DNA of 64,000 nt from Mobula hypostoma (GCF_963921235.1 NC_086097.1:22818001-22882000), one strand, 5' to 3'; numbered from the stretch's first letter, positions 12,330 through 24,604 are shown. Program-made: numbers and translations. The notes: a model not told the origin generated them from the sequence alone.

Positions 12330-13470
12330 ATACCTTGCACTCAATGTCAGTAAGACAAAAGAACTAATTGTTGATTTCAGGAAGGGTAAAATGAGGGAAC
12401 ACGCATGAGTTCTCATAGAAGGATTAGAAGTGGAAAGAGCGAGCAGTTTTAATTTCTTTGGTGTCAATATCTCTGAGGATTTAACTTGGAGCCAATATAT
12501 CGATGCAGCTATAAAGAAGGCATGATGGCAGCTGTATTGCATTCTAACTGGCTGCATCACTGTCTGGGGCAGATGTTTCACAGTATTGAAAGAATCTGCA
12601 AAGAATTGTAAACCTTGTCAGCTCCATCATGGGCACTGTGAGAGTGATTTTTGGGTTTAGGACATATACATTTAGCAATTGGCTTGGGCTACCAGTCTTC
12701 ATAACTGAAAAAGTATTGTGAATTTAATTTGGAGTGCAGCTCTGAACAACGGGTCCTAAAAGCTGTGAATCCCAGTTCAGACAATGCTGATTAAAATTCA
12801 TTTGGATGTCTGTGGTGTGGATGCAAAATCAGGAGGTGTGAAATTTGTGCGGAGTTTCAAAGAAAGCATTGTCCATATATTGTAAATAGGGAGTTGTCCT
12901 TTGATGCTTGGCTCATAAAATATTGAGCCCCATGTTGGACCAGCGAGACCCTTCGACTGAAAGCATCTCCATATGATGCCTGCTGTACCTTGTTTTGTCG
13001 AATAAAGAAGCTGCTTTGTATCTACCAGTAATTTTCTCCAGTGACCTCAGGCACTGGCCTCCATAGTATCCAGGACATCTTCAGGGGCGATGCCTCAAAA
13101 AGGTAGCATCCATCTTTAAAGATCCCCATCACCCAGGTCATGCCTTGTTCTCATTGCTACCATCAGGGAGGAGGTACAGGAGCCTGAAGGCACACACTCA
13201 GCGATTCAGGAACAGCATCTTTCCCTTGCCATCCGATTTATAAATGGACATTGAATCCATGAACACTGCCTCACTACTTTTTTATTTGTATCTTTGTACC
13301 ACTTATTTAATTTAACTATTTAATATTTATATATCTGTGTATTTTATATATATATATATACACGCACTCATGTAATTCAGTTTTTTTCTATTATGTATTG
13401 CATTGTGCTTATGCTGCAAAGGCTACAAATTTCACGACATAGGCCGGTGATATTAAATCTGTATCTGATA
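12330..13470 (+). mobile_element. Rex1/Babar-type LINE 3' part, interrupted by a solo LTR
   Basis: LNVSKTKELIVDFRKG, SSFNFFGVNISEDLTWSQYID, LLPSGRRYRSLKAHTQRFRNS; tail acaaatttcacgacat...taaatctgtatctga. Confidence 0.9.
12637..13049 (+). mobile_element. Solo LTR (413 bp) with 5-bp TSD
   Basis: TG...CA ends, GGCAC at 12632-12636 and 13050-13054, AATAAA near 13001; host Rex1 sequence resumes on both sides. Confidence 0.8.
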
Positions 13471-13804
13471 TACTCTGTTATCCTATTGGTTGTGTATTTA
13501 GCTTCAGTATGAGTAGAATTCACCAATTACCTCCTTTGTCCTTTTTCAGATAAGGTTTACTCAGTGATTACGGTATCCCATAATCATAATCCTTCAATAT
13601 TCCATGAGTTACGCTATTTATGGTCAACAGCTTCTAATTACAACACAGTCGTCATTATGCAGAAAGCACTGTAGCCCCTGTGTTGCCCACCCAACTGAGA
13701 TTGTCTCCAATGTACCCCTGGATTCCTTTTTGAAGTAAGATTGCGCTGGCATTGGAGAGAGTCCAGAGGAGGGTTGCAAGTACCCCGGGGATGAAAGAGT
13801 TAAC

Positions 13805-14222
13805 ATAATGGCTCTGGGCCTGTACTCACTGAAGTTTAGAAGAATGAGGGAGGGGAGGGAATCTCATTAAAACCAACTGAATATTGAAAGGCCTATATAG
13901 AGTGGATGTGGAGAGGAGTTTCCAATAATGGGGGAGTCTAGAACCAGAGGGCACAGTCTCAGAATAGACAACGTCCCTTTAGAGCAGAGTAAAATTACTT
14001 TAGCCAGAGGCTGGTGAATCTGTGGAAATAATTGCTGCAGAATGCCGTGGAGGATGATTTATTGGGAAAATTTAAAGCGGAGGATGCTAAGTTCTTGATT
14101 GTAAGGGCATCAAAGTACAGGGTGAAGGCAGGAGTACAGGGGTTGAGAGGGATAATAAGTCAGCCATGATGAATGGCGGAGCAGACGCATTGGACCGAAT
14201 GGTGTAATTCTGCTCCAATGAA
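13805..14222 (+). mobile_element. CR1/HER1-type LINE 3' fragment
   Basis: ALGLYSLKFRRMR...FSQRLVNLWK; tail ggtgtaattctgctcc. Confidence 0.85.
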
Positions 14223-14339
14223 TGGACGCTGCGTGCTCCTTCCCAAGAGACACCCAGACTCTGATGTAACTGTGGAAGAGTGGCAGGCAATCAGCTTGGC
14301 TGAACCCACAAATGCCCACCATTACCATTATTTTTTTGT

Positions 14340-14488
14340 CTGTCCTTATTCTCTGTTATTTGAATATTATCGTCGTCGTTGTTTCCGCGTCTTGTGGGCA
14401 CCAACCTTGCCATTTCTTCAGCATGTTGTTTGCTTTTTTATGACACTGAGTTGCTAGCTCGACACTCAACCCAGCACGGATGGAAAGA
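14340..14488 (-). mobile_element. tRNA-derived SINE fragment, same family as 39950-40130
   Basis: Reverse complement of ctttccatcc(a/g)tgctgggttgag...gctagc. Confidence 0.7.
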
Positions 14489-15624
14489 TCGACTATCTAT
14501 CAATTTCATAGATGCTGCCTGAGTTCCTCCAGCATACTGCGTGTTTAAGAAAACAAACTTTTTCAGTCCTTGTGATCCTGATTCCTACACCTGGCTGCCT
14601 CCCCGGTAATTAACCCACTGGATTTACCTGTACAGTCTGTTGAATTAAAGTTGCACTTAAGTTCTAATGAACTCATTATAATAGGGCAGTTGCCCTTCGG
14701 GCTCTGGTCGAGATTGTTTTAAACTGGTCAATGATTTTCCAGATTTGTGGTATGCAAAAATAACCTGCATTACATTAATTGGTTGCTAGGTACCGATAAT
14801 TGAATGATTAGTACAGAGAGGGTAGGCCAGACTTGTGGGACAAGTTACAAGAAGGTATGTTGTAATAATTGGTGTATTAGATGCAGCCTGTGTTTCATTT
14901 TCTCCGCTACAATGTTAAAGAAAGCTTTGATCTAGACAGTATGACCAATTTATTGTTCAAGTAAAAACAATTAAATGATGGTTAGAATTGCTTACTTGAT
15001 TGCAGTATCAGCAATCCTATATAAGAACTGTAATTACCTGGTGGTGACCTGAGTATTGTGCGACTAGCAATGTATTTGGAGAAAAAAAAGAATTATGGTG
15101 AATCAACTCCCATAGAAGTTACTAGAACACTGAAATGAAATTAACCTTTATGCATACTAATACTCTTGCTATAAATCATTACCTAGTTATGACAATGAAT
15201 TATGAATGGTATTGTAAATTAACACTGCAAACCTCACTCATGTAGTAGTCACTGTGAAGAAAAGAACCATATTTATTCAGTTAATAACAATAGTGTATAG
15301 TCACGAACCTTCTTCACATTTATGAGAGGGAATGGAATAAAGGAAGCAGGCACTACTGAAGCAATTTAATATAATTGCATTGAAATTAGCATTTTCTCCC
15401 ATATTTACTGACTGCATGATGCTGGTAGAAAATTAACGTAATTGTTTAGTTAGTGGATCCCATTATTTAAGATTTCATGGTACCTGGCTTGAACTGGGGG
15501 TGGGGATGGTTTGTACAGAATATGAATCTGGGAGCAGTATAACTGTTACTTACTAGATTACTAATTTCCAAAGTGGAGCATAGGTCATGGATGACATCCC
15601 GTCTCCAACATCCTCTGAAGTTAG

Positions 15625-16110
15625 AGGTTCAAAAGGTTCAAAGTACGTTTATTATAAAAGTATGTATAAACTATAAAAGCTTGGGATTCGTCTGCTCACA
15701 GGCGAATCCCGAAAGAACCCGATTAAGGTAAGACCAACACCCAATGTGCAGAGAGAAGGAGAGAAAAATCAACAGAAATCTTGCAAACAATAAAAGCAAA
15801 ACGGCATTCAGAATGAAATTGAGCTCGTAGACCCGAAGCCCCGAGCAGGCCCAGAGCCTCAGTCTCAGTTCATCACACTACGGGGCAAATCATCACAGAT
15901 CTCACAGGCACGAAGCCTGGAGCGGTCTCAGGCCCTCAGCGCCGCGGAGAGGGGAGTACACGTCACGGTGGAGTGAGCAGAATTGGCCTGACCCTTGCCT
16001 CTGGTCCTGACACCCTGCCTTTTCAGTCTAACTGGTTTATATTGTCCAAGCACCAGGTCATCCCCTGCACTAGGACCTGGGCCCCGCTGCAGTGATACGC
16101 TCTGGACCTG
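15625..16110 (-). mobile_element. GC-rich non-autonomous retroposon with Rex1-like tail
   Basis: Minus strand ends aataaacgtactttgaaccttttgaac, a tail seen on other elements here; CpG-rich body. Confidence 0.5.
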
Positions 16111-16495
16111 GACGATGGTGTGGTTGGAGTTCATCAACATTCCTGCAGTTCATTGCATCCACTGCACAGCTGAGCGGGAATGGCTGGCCTTACCCACTTC
16201 CAACTCTCACAACGGGGACTTAAGGTTGGACTTGAGAGGTAGTATAACTGTGTTACACAAGTAATTTGTTTCTTAATGAAATTGAATGATGGCCTAAACA
16301 GAAAAGACCATGAGACTCAGGAGCAGAATTAGGCCATTTGGCCCATCGAGTCTGCTCCGCCATTTAATCATGGCTGATCGTTTTGCAGAAGGTCCATCTG
16401 GAAGTTGGGAAGTTCAATGGAACACCAGAATCAAGGGTCGACCAAAGCAAAAAAAAAACCCTAGCAATTTACAGATAGAAATGAATGAACATGTA

Positions 16496-17027
16496 CATTC
16501 AGTGGTCACTTTATTAAGTACACATTTACACTTGCTCGCTATTCCAAATGTCTCATCAGCCAATCATGTGGCAGCAACTCAATGCATAAAAGCATGGTCA
16601 AGAGGCTCAGTTGTTATTCAGACCAGACAACAGAATGGGGAAGAAATGTGATCTGAGTGACTTTGACCATGGAATTGCTGTTGGTGCCAGATGGGTTGGT
16701 TTGAGTATTTCGGATACTGCTGATCTCCTGGGATTTTTACTAACAACAGTCTCCGGAATTTCCATAGAATGGTGCAAGAAACAAATAAAAAAACATCCAG
16801 TGAGCTGGTGTTCTTTGAGGGAAAAAGCCTCGTTAATGAGTGAGGTCAGAGGAGAATTGCCAGACTGGTTCAAGCTGACAGTAACTCATAAAAGCACACG
16901 TTCCAATTGTGGGGTGCAGCAAAGCATCTCTGAATGCACAACATATTGAAACTTGAAATGGATGGGCCACGGCAGCAGAAGACCATACTGAGTTCCACTC
17001 TTGTACTAATATTGTGGCCACTGAGTG
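16496..17027 (+). mobile_element. Internally deleted Tc1-family DNA transposon
   Basis: TA|CATTCAGTGGTCACTTTATTA...TAATATTGTGGCCACTGAGTG terminal inverted repeats; transposase N-terminus MGKKCDLSDFDHGIAVGARWVGLSISDTADLLGF (paired-like HTH). Confidence 0.9.
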
Positions 17028-17109
17028 ATTAACCTCAATACTACCAAGAGACAGCATTTGTTATTAAGCACTTATGAATAGATTTTTAAAGAGCTGTGAG
17101 AAGAGGGGA

Positions 17110-17270
17110 GGAACCCAGCAGGTCAGGCAGCAACTGTGGAGAAGAATAAATAGTTGAGGTTTTGCGTGGAGGCCCTTCATCAGGACACTGCGTGTTGCCC
17201 GATCCGCTGAGTTCCTCAAGCAATTTGAGTGTGTTGCTTTGGATTTCCAGCATCTCCAAACTTTCTCATG
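17110..17270. mobile_element. Inverted pair of Penelope family A terminal fragments
   Basis: Minus copy with cccttcatcaggac (CTGATGA on minus strand) abutting a plus copy gctgagttcctc...ggatttccagcatc. Confidence 0.7.
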
Positions 17271-18159
17271 TCTTTAGCAAGCATTCAAAAGCCTGGCTAT
17301 TTAAAAAAAAAGCTTCAAAATGGAAGGGAGTAAAACTGCAGGTACTGGAAATCTGAAACAAAAAGAAAAATTGTTGGAAATGCTCAGCAGAGTAGGTAGC
17401 ATCTATGGAAAGAGAAACAGAGTTAACTTTCTGGCATGGGGTCTCAAGTAAATTACTCCATTCTATAAGAAAAAATGAATTTTCTGGTTTCATTATGAAA
17501 CGGATTAATTTATTCATTGAAGCACAAAGCTCTATGCAACTTAGAGAATAATGACCATGCTAGAAAATTATATTCCTCACATATAGTTATGAATGCAATT
17601 ATTTCAAGATATTTATCCTTTGTTATTGCACCTGTTCAAATCAGTAACACATTTTGATAAGACAACATGAGGCAGCAAATTATTATTTTTCTGTTTTTAG
17701 TTTTCTACAGCTTTTTAATTTGCTGTTCAATGTTTTTTTTAATTTATTACTTCAGTATAATTAGGAATACATCAAAAATCTAGCCATAGATTTTGTCATT
17801 TATAGTTATTGATAGAAAATAGCATTTTCTATTTGTTGAATGCCATTGACATAACATTGGCAGCAAGTCATAAAAACACTTAGTAGATTTTCTTTGTGGG
17901 ATGCATCAGTGATTGTGATATCCTGGCTTTTTATTTACTCCAGATGTCAGGAAATAGGAAAATTTATTCAAATTTCAATATGTGTCATCAAATTCATTGT
18001 TGGTCCAAAAATCGATGACAGAAACAGTGGAAAAGGTAAACAGGACTCTTATGTTATATTAGCTTATTTTGTTATGTTACTTATATTAGCTCAGTGATAG
18101 AATATAGATCAATGGACCTTGCTAGTGTACGAAGCCTTGAAGAGGTTTGAGATAAAAGG

Positions 18160-18425
18160 GGTGGCACTGCAGAGCAGTGGTCAACAGAGCTGCCACTGCC
18201 TGTAAGGAGTTTGTACCTTCTCCCCGTGACTGTGTAGGTTTCCTCTGGGTGCTCCAGTATCCTTCCACAGTCCAAAAGCATACTGGTTAGTTAGTTAGTT
18301 GATTGGTCATTGTAAATTGTTTCATGATTAGGCTGGGGCCTCATGATTAAATGGGAGATTGTTGGATGGAGTGGCTCTAAGGGCCAGAAAGGTCTATTCC
18401 GCACTGTACCCCAATAAATAAAAAC
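18160..18425 (+). mobile_element. HE1-like V-SINE
   Basis: tgtaaggagtttgtaccttctccccgtgactgtgtaggtttcctctgggtgctcc core; aataaa tail. Confidence 0.85.
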
Positions 18426-18617
18426 GTATTATCTAAAACATATTATAGGCTCACTGTAGGAAGGCTGGAGTTGCCTGACAGAAGGTCAGAAATAATCTCA
18501 ATTTACCGCCACAGAAAATAGGTGCAGAAGTTGATTATTAATTAGATAATATGTTATCTACCCATTTTGCTTTTGTGCTTAACTGAATTTGAAGAAGCAC
18601 ACCGCTTGGGATGATAA

Positions 18618-18985
18618 TTGACTTTTGATGTTGTGGTGTTTGCCGAGCTTGGCAATTACCTTGCAGACATTTCATCACCAGTCGAGGCGACATCCTTAGT
18701 GCACAGTTGTTGGTGCTTCTTTCTGAGAGTGCTCGCATTTATACAGGCTCCTGTTCGCCTGGCTTGGTCCTGATTGGCTATTCCTTCAGTTGACCTTTGA
18801 ACTCTATTGGCTTGCATTTCTTTGGCTCTTAAGGGTTCATAGATGATCTCTATTTCAATATGTTTGTTTATGAGTCATCAGAAGAGAAACACGCTTCTAA
18901 AATTTCTCATGCCTGCTTCATGTTTGTCTTTGCCAGAACCTTCACAGTGTTCCAGTTAAAATTGTGTTCTTCTTGGTCCTGAATT
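18618..18985 (-). mobile_element. Penelope-like element, family C, 3' end
   Basis: Minus-strand DQEEHNFNWNTVKVLAKTNMKQA*EFLEACFSS (HxFDW...REFLEAW GIY-YIG C-terminus); decayed hammerhead at 18661-18704. Confidence 0.8.
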
Positions 18986-19282
18986 TTAGACCAGGATTCA
19001 AAATCTAGAAAACTTATGCATAACTAATTTACCAAGATTTTAGCCTGTCTGGTAGTTTGCACTATTTTAATTAATCTTGCCCAAGTTGCACTGTCTGTCC
19101 TTTCTCTCTGCCAAAGGCATAATGTGACATACACCTGCACTATCTGAGTTCAGTGGAACCAAATTGGAGAAGTGTAGCTCAGTGCACAAATTTCAGGAGA
19201 TGAACTTCTTGACCTATAAATTCTAGTTGTGACCATTTGACATGTAAGGAACTATAGAGAAATATAGCTTAGAATTAATTGC

Positions 19283-19830
19283 CGTAGAGTCACAGAGCAC
19301 TACAGCGTAGACAATGGCCCTTCAGGCCGTTTAGTCCATGCCTGCCTGGTTTTCTGCTAGTCACATCTACCTGCACCCTGGCCACAACCCTCCATATCTC
19401 TCTCATCCATGTGTCTATCCAAACTTGTTTTAAGTGTTACAATTGAACTTGCATCTCCCACTTCTGCTGGCAGCTCATTCCACACTCACACCACCCTCTG
19501 AGTGAAGAAGTTGCCGCGCCCCCCCCCAAATTCCCCTTAACAGTTTCACCTTTCATCATAAGCCTATTACCTCTAGTTGTAGTCTCACTCAGCTTGAAGG
19601 GAAAAAGTCAGCGTGCTTTTGTCCTATCTATACCCCTCATAATTATGAAAACCTGCATAAGATCTCCCCTCATTCTCCTTGGGAATATAGTTCCAATCTA
19701 TACAATGTTTCCCAACAACTCAGGTCCTCAACATTCTTGTGAAATTTCTCTACTCTTTTTCAAGCTTGCTGATACCTTTCCTGTAGGCAGGTGATCAGAA
19801 CTACACACAATGCTCCAAATTTGGCATTGC
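19283..19830 (-). mobile_element. CR1-type LINE 3' fragment
   Basis: catagag-type tail; ccaccctctgagtgaagaagttg (NFFTQRVV on minus strand). Confidence 0.85.
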
Positions 19831-20144
19831 ATGGGTCTATTCCCACCCTTCCTAATCAAGTCATGTCAACTTTTGATTCCTTTCTCCCCGATTTATTTAT
19901 CTGGCTGTCCTTCACCACCTCAGTGAAATGTTATAGAAATCCATATTGCAAACTGTGATTAAAGAGACTTCTCCTGAATTCTCCGCTCAATTTGTTCATG
20001 ATTATCTTAAATATATGAAGGGGATGATCTGTGAAATCCAAAAGAAATGTTAAATGTCTATGGGTTAATCCTAGGTGTTTGCTTTTCTGGAGAGCCTGTA
20101 TTTTTCTGTATTTCTTGATAAATAGATCCTTCCAAGGACAAGCC

Positions 20145-20430
20145 TGGGCTACAGCGTAATGGTTACGGTGATGCTATTACAGTTCGGCAAGTTGGAGTTC
20201 AGAGTTCAACTCCGGTGCCATCTGTTAGGATTTTGTACATTCTCCCTGTGACTGCATGGGTTTCCTCTGGGTGCTCTGGTTTCCTCTCACAGTCCAAAGA
20301 CATACCGGTTGGTAGGCTAATTAGTCATTGTAAATTATCCTGTGATTAGGCTGGGGTTAAATAGGTGGGTTGCTGTGTGGTGTGGCTCATTGGGCCTGAT
20401 CTGTGCTATATCTCTAAATAAATTAAAAAA
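20145..20430 (+). mobile_element. HE1-like V-SINE, near full length
   Basis: tRNA-like head (agcgtaatggtta...gagttcaactcc), core tctccctgtgactgcatgggtttcctctgggtgctctggtttcctc, tail tctctaaataaa. Confidence 0.85.
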
Positions 20431-20474
20431 TGTGGACTTTGTGACAACAAATTTGAAAGCTAGTTGAAATGTGA

Positions 20475-20612
20475 TTTGAAAGGAAAGATTATTGACATTT
20501 AGGGCATACTCATTGCTAAAATCATCAGCTGATTGGCTTTTCATGAAAAGCCAATCAGCTGATGGTTTTAGCAATGACTATGCCCCAAATGTCAATAATC
20601 TTTCCTCTCAAA
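20475..20612. repeat. Loop-less palindrome 1 (69-bp arms)
   Basis: Checked base by base: centre between 20543 and 20544, 4 mismatches in 69 pairs. Confidence 0.97.
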
Positions 20613-20720
20613 ATCTGAAACTACTGCAAAAATTGGCAATATATAGCAGAAAGATTAGCTTTCATGAAAAGCCAATCTTTCTGTTATATATTGCCAATTT
20701 TTGTCATAATTTCAGATTTT
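20610..20720. repeat. Loop-less palindrome 2 (~55-bp arms)
   Basis: aaaatctgaaactactgcaaaaattggcaatatatagcagaaagattagctttca | tgaaaagccaatctttctgttatatattgccaatttttgtcataatttcagatttt; centre 20664/20665. Confidence 0.95.
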
Positions 20721-21119
20721 CAGCATTCGCAATTTTCATAGAATCAGAAAACGACTTCAGCCCATCTTTCATAGAGTTAACTGATTTATCCTCCTTCCAC
20801 GCTCAGAAATTTGTACTTCTTTGAAGTATAACTATAAATACCTTTTGAAATTAGTGAATTTGCATCCACCTCTCTTCATGCAGAGCATCACAATCAGTGT
20901 GTAAAGGATATATCATCCTCCGAGTGCTTGGTATTTGGGCAATTATCACACACCTATATCCTATGGTTACTGACGTCTCTGCAAACAGAAACAGTTTATC
21001 CTCATGTATTTTTAGGATCCAAAAACTTCCATGATTGTGAGCATCATTATCAAACCTCTTCTTGATGTTCTCTTGCTGAAAGTTAACTTGATGACCTAAT
21101 TCTGCTCCTGTGTCTTTTA

Positions 21120-21412
21120 TTTACTTCTTGTTTAGAGAGATAAAGTGAGGACAGGCCCTACCAGTCCAATGAGCTGCACTGGCCAGCAACACACCTATTT
21201 AACACTAACCTAATCACAATTTACAATGACCAATGAATCTACTAACCGGTCTATCTTTGGACTGTGGGAGGAAACTGGAGCTTGCGGATGAAGCCTATGT
21301 GGTTCACGGGGAGAACGTACAGGCTCCTTATAGGCGGCTTCGGAATTGAACTCCAAACTCCAGGACACTCCAAGCTGTAATAGCATTGCGCTAACCACTA
21401 CTCTACCCCGGC
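21120..21412 (-). mobile_element. HE1-like V-SINE
   Basis: Reverse of core (cacggggagaacgtac...ctcctta) and head (ctgtaatagcattgcgctaacc). Confidence 0.85.
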
Positions 21413-21944
21413 ATCTTATGGTCTTATATGTGTAACCCCATTCTGCCCAGACTCTATTGTCTCACGTTGTTGAAGTTTAATTGTAGAAGCTGACTGTAAA
21501 CACCTGCAAGGTTATCTGTACACTTTAGAGAAATGGATTGTTCCTCAGTATATACCGTATACTTCGCCACAGTAAGCTTTGTAGTATGTTCCTGTCCCCT
21601 CCTGTGGCTTTTGATAACGACAGATGGAAGATGCTCAGCTATGTGTTCACAGAGACAGCTAGACTGCAGATGGATATCTGCACTGTTAACTTCCCTTTTA
21701 GAGACAGCCAGATTTTGTTTTGAAAAGAATATTCCCTAATTTATCTATTTTCCAACTAATTTCCCTTTCAGGTGACAGTTGTCAGGAGAAGCAGCAACAT
21801 GAATGTTCAGACGTTCTTCTCCTTAATCTAATTGATCATAGATCCTAGTGTTTCATGATGGGACGGTAGAGTCGGGGATGGGCCGGGGGGTGGGGGGGAG
21901 CAGCGAGGAAGAAAAGCACGCCTGAATGCTGCTACTTTTGTTTA

Positions 21945-22570
21945 CCTATCAGATTCTTTCTTCTTCAGCCTTTTACCTCTTCCACTTAGACCATCTTAGA
22001 CCATAAGACCATAAGACATAGGAGCACAATTAGGCCACTTGGTCCATCAACTCCACTCTGCCATTCGATGGTAGCTGATTTATTATCCCTTTCAATCCTA
22101 TTCTCCGGCCTTCTGTCTGTGACCTTTGATGCTCTGACTAATCAAGAACCTATCAACCTCCGCTTTAAATACACTCAATCACTTGAACTCCTCAGGTGTC
22201 TGGATCAAAAATTCCACTGATTCATCACCTCCGACAAAAGAAATTCCTCATCTCTGTTCTATGCTGAGGCTGAGCCCTCTGGTCCTAGACTGCCCGACTT
22301 TAGACAACATTCTCTCCACGTCGGCCTATCTCCTCCCAGCTTCTCACTTCATTTCCCCCCCCTCCACTCCCCCAACCCCCTGCCCCTTCACCTGATCTCG
22401 TCTATTACTTGCCCACGTACTCCTTCCCCTCCCTCCTCCTCCTTATTCTGGCTTCTTCCCCCTTCCTTTCAAGTTCCAATGAAGGGTCTTGGCCTGAACC
22501 ATCGACTGTTTATTCCTCTCCGTAGATGCTGCCTGACCTGTTGAGCTTCTCCAGAATTTTGCATTTGCTA
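21945..22570 (+). mobile_element. Penelope family A 3' UTR interrupted by a CR1 fragment (21988-22322, minus)
   Basis: cctatcagattctttcttcttcagcc resumes after the CR1 at cctatctcctcccagcttc; decayed cassette at 22470-22508. Confidence 0.75.
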
Positions 22571-23094
22571 CATTTGCTTGCGTTTTGATTTTGATAGAAG
22601 TAGTTAATGCAGAATTTCAGTCATCGTCTACGTGTGAGTGTTACATCCAGAGTGTATATTGCTGTCACATTCAGCTGTTGTGCTTTTGCTTGCGACTTCT
22701 CTGAACCAAATAAATTCTATGAAACTGCAACCAATCACAATATGGAGTGGATTAAAGATTAAAGATGGTGCTGGCAATACACAGTGATGTTTTGCAGGCA
22801 GCTCACAAAACTATCAGTTATGTTTCTTCTGAACTGCAAAATGTAGAGCATACAGTCCAGTGCATCATGGGTAAAACACTCCCCACCACTGAGCACAGCT
22901 TACACAGAGCACTGCCACAGGAAAGCATCATCCATCGTCAGTGACCCTCACCATCCAGGTCATGCTCTCTTCTTGCAGCTGCCACTAGGAAGCAGGTACA
23001 GGACTCTCAGGCCTCAGATCAAATATACAGAAATATTTTCACTGTAATCTAGTTTCCAATTCAAAGGTGACATTTGGTTGAGTTTCTTTTGTAA

Positions 23095-23705
23095 GGTAAC
23101 AATAGATCAAGTGGATAGCCAGAGACTTTTGCTCAGGGTGGAAATGGCTATTTTGAGGGGCCATAATTTTAAGGTGATTGGAGGAAAGTATGGAGGGGTT
23201 GGTCAAAGGTACATTTTTTACACAGAGGGTGGTGGCTGCATGGTGATGGTTGGGGCAGATACGTTAGGGACACTTAAGAGACTCTTAGGTGGGTACATGG
23301 ATGAAAGAAAAATGCAGGGCAATGTAGGAGGGAAATGTTAGATTGATCTTGGATAGATTAAAAGGTTGGAACAACATTGTGGGCTGAAGGGCCTACAGTG
23401 TGTTGTAATGTTCTATGTTCTAATTTCTGGTAATATCTCCCCCTCCCTTCTTCTCCCGTTTCTGGAGGAAAGTAGAGGGGGATTGTCAGAGGTAAGATTT
23501 TTACACAGAGTGTGGTCAGTGTGTGGGTGGAGGTGGAGGCAGCTACACAAGGGATATTTAAAACAGTTTGATAGGAACATCATGGAATGAACGAAATATG
23601 GACGGCTATGTCGGAGGGAAGAGTTAGATTGATCTTACAGGAGGTTAAAACGTCGGCACAATATCCTGAGAAGAAAGGCCTGTTCTCTGTTCTGTGTAAT
23701 TGATG
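23095..23705 (+). mobile_element. Two tandem CR1-type LINE 3' ends
   Basis: IDQVDSQRLL...RGHNFKVIGGKY; tails ttctatgttcta and cctgttctctgttctg. Confidence 0.8.
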
Positions 23706-24604
23706 TTTTTCAGTTTCAATCCACCTTTTGACTTCAGTTGAAAAAGAAGAGTTTTGGCCTTTAACTATGGCAGAACATTGGACTCTATTAGTGAACAGCT
23801 CTGTTGGGTCCAGCAGTGATTGGAATCCTGCTATTTTTCTGGATATAGACCACAAGGAGGCACGCAGCATCAGAAGGTTGCCATGCTCTGCATTCTTTCA
23901 TAAGCAGATGGCTGGGAGTACTCTCTACTGAGAGTATTCCCTCTCCAATTAGCATAATAGAGCTATCTTAAAACGGGTCACGGTAAACTCGATGATTGAT
24001 AACGCACTAACTGTTACAAAGAGGACTCTGTTATGTACATTGAATTTCCACGTTTGGCAACAGCGTGTTGTGGTTTTTATGTAAGTTTTAACATTCCAGT
24101 CAGCAATTTTTTAACCAGCAACCTGAACATCTTGGAAAATATCGGCCAGTACAAATAGTGGATGCTCACGTGTGCCTGATAACTGGCTGCCCGCTGTACT
24201 CAGCTCACTGCATTCAGATTCCATTTACTTTAATGGATTTGAATGTACAGGGTGAACATAACTGCTGATTGATACTCATGCCTGCATTTAACACTGACAA
24301 AAAAGAACAGATCTCACTTCCCCCCCCACCAAGATTTATTGTCTTCTTTTCGGTACACGAACATAAAGGAGAACAAAACGATTGTTATTCTGGATCCGAT
24401 GCAGCATAAAAAAAAACACAATGAGCATAAAAATACAATAAGTACCAATATAAAAGCAATCCTATAAAACACAATGTACAAGTAACTGTTGAAAGTGGCT
24501 ATACATAGATAAAATTAGCCTATAATTTTATCGGATTATAAAATGATTGTATGTTGATGTTATGTGCAGCAGTATCTGATCTTCAGGGGACTCTGACAGG
24601 AAGT

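Noticed and set aside
20335..20824. Overlapping ORFs sharing SADWLFMKSQSAD on both strands
   Set aside because: A by-product of the palindrome, not evidence of coding
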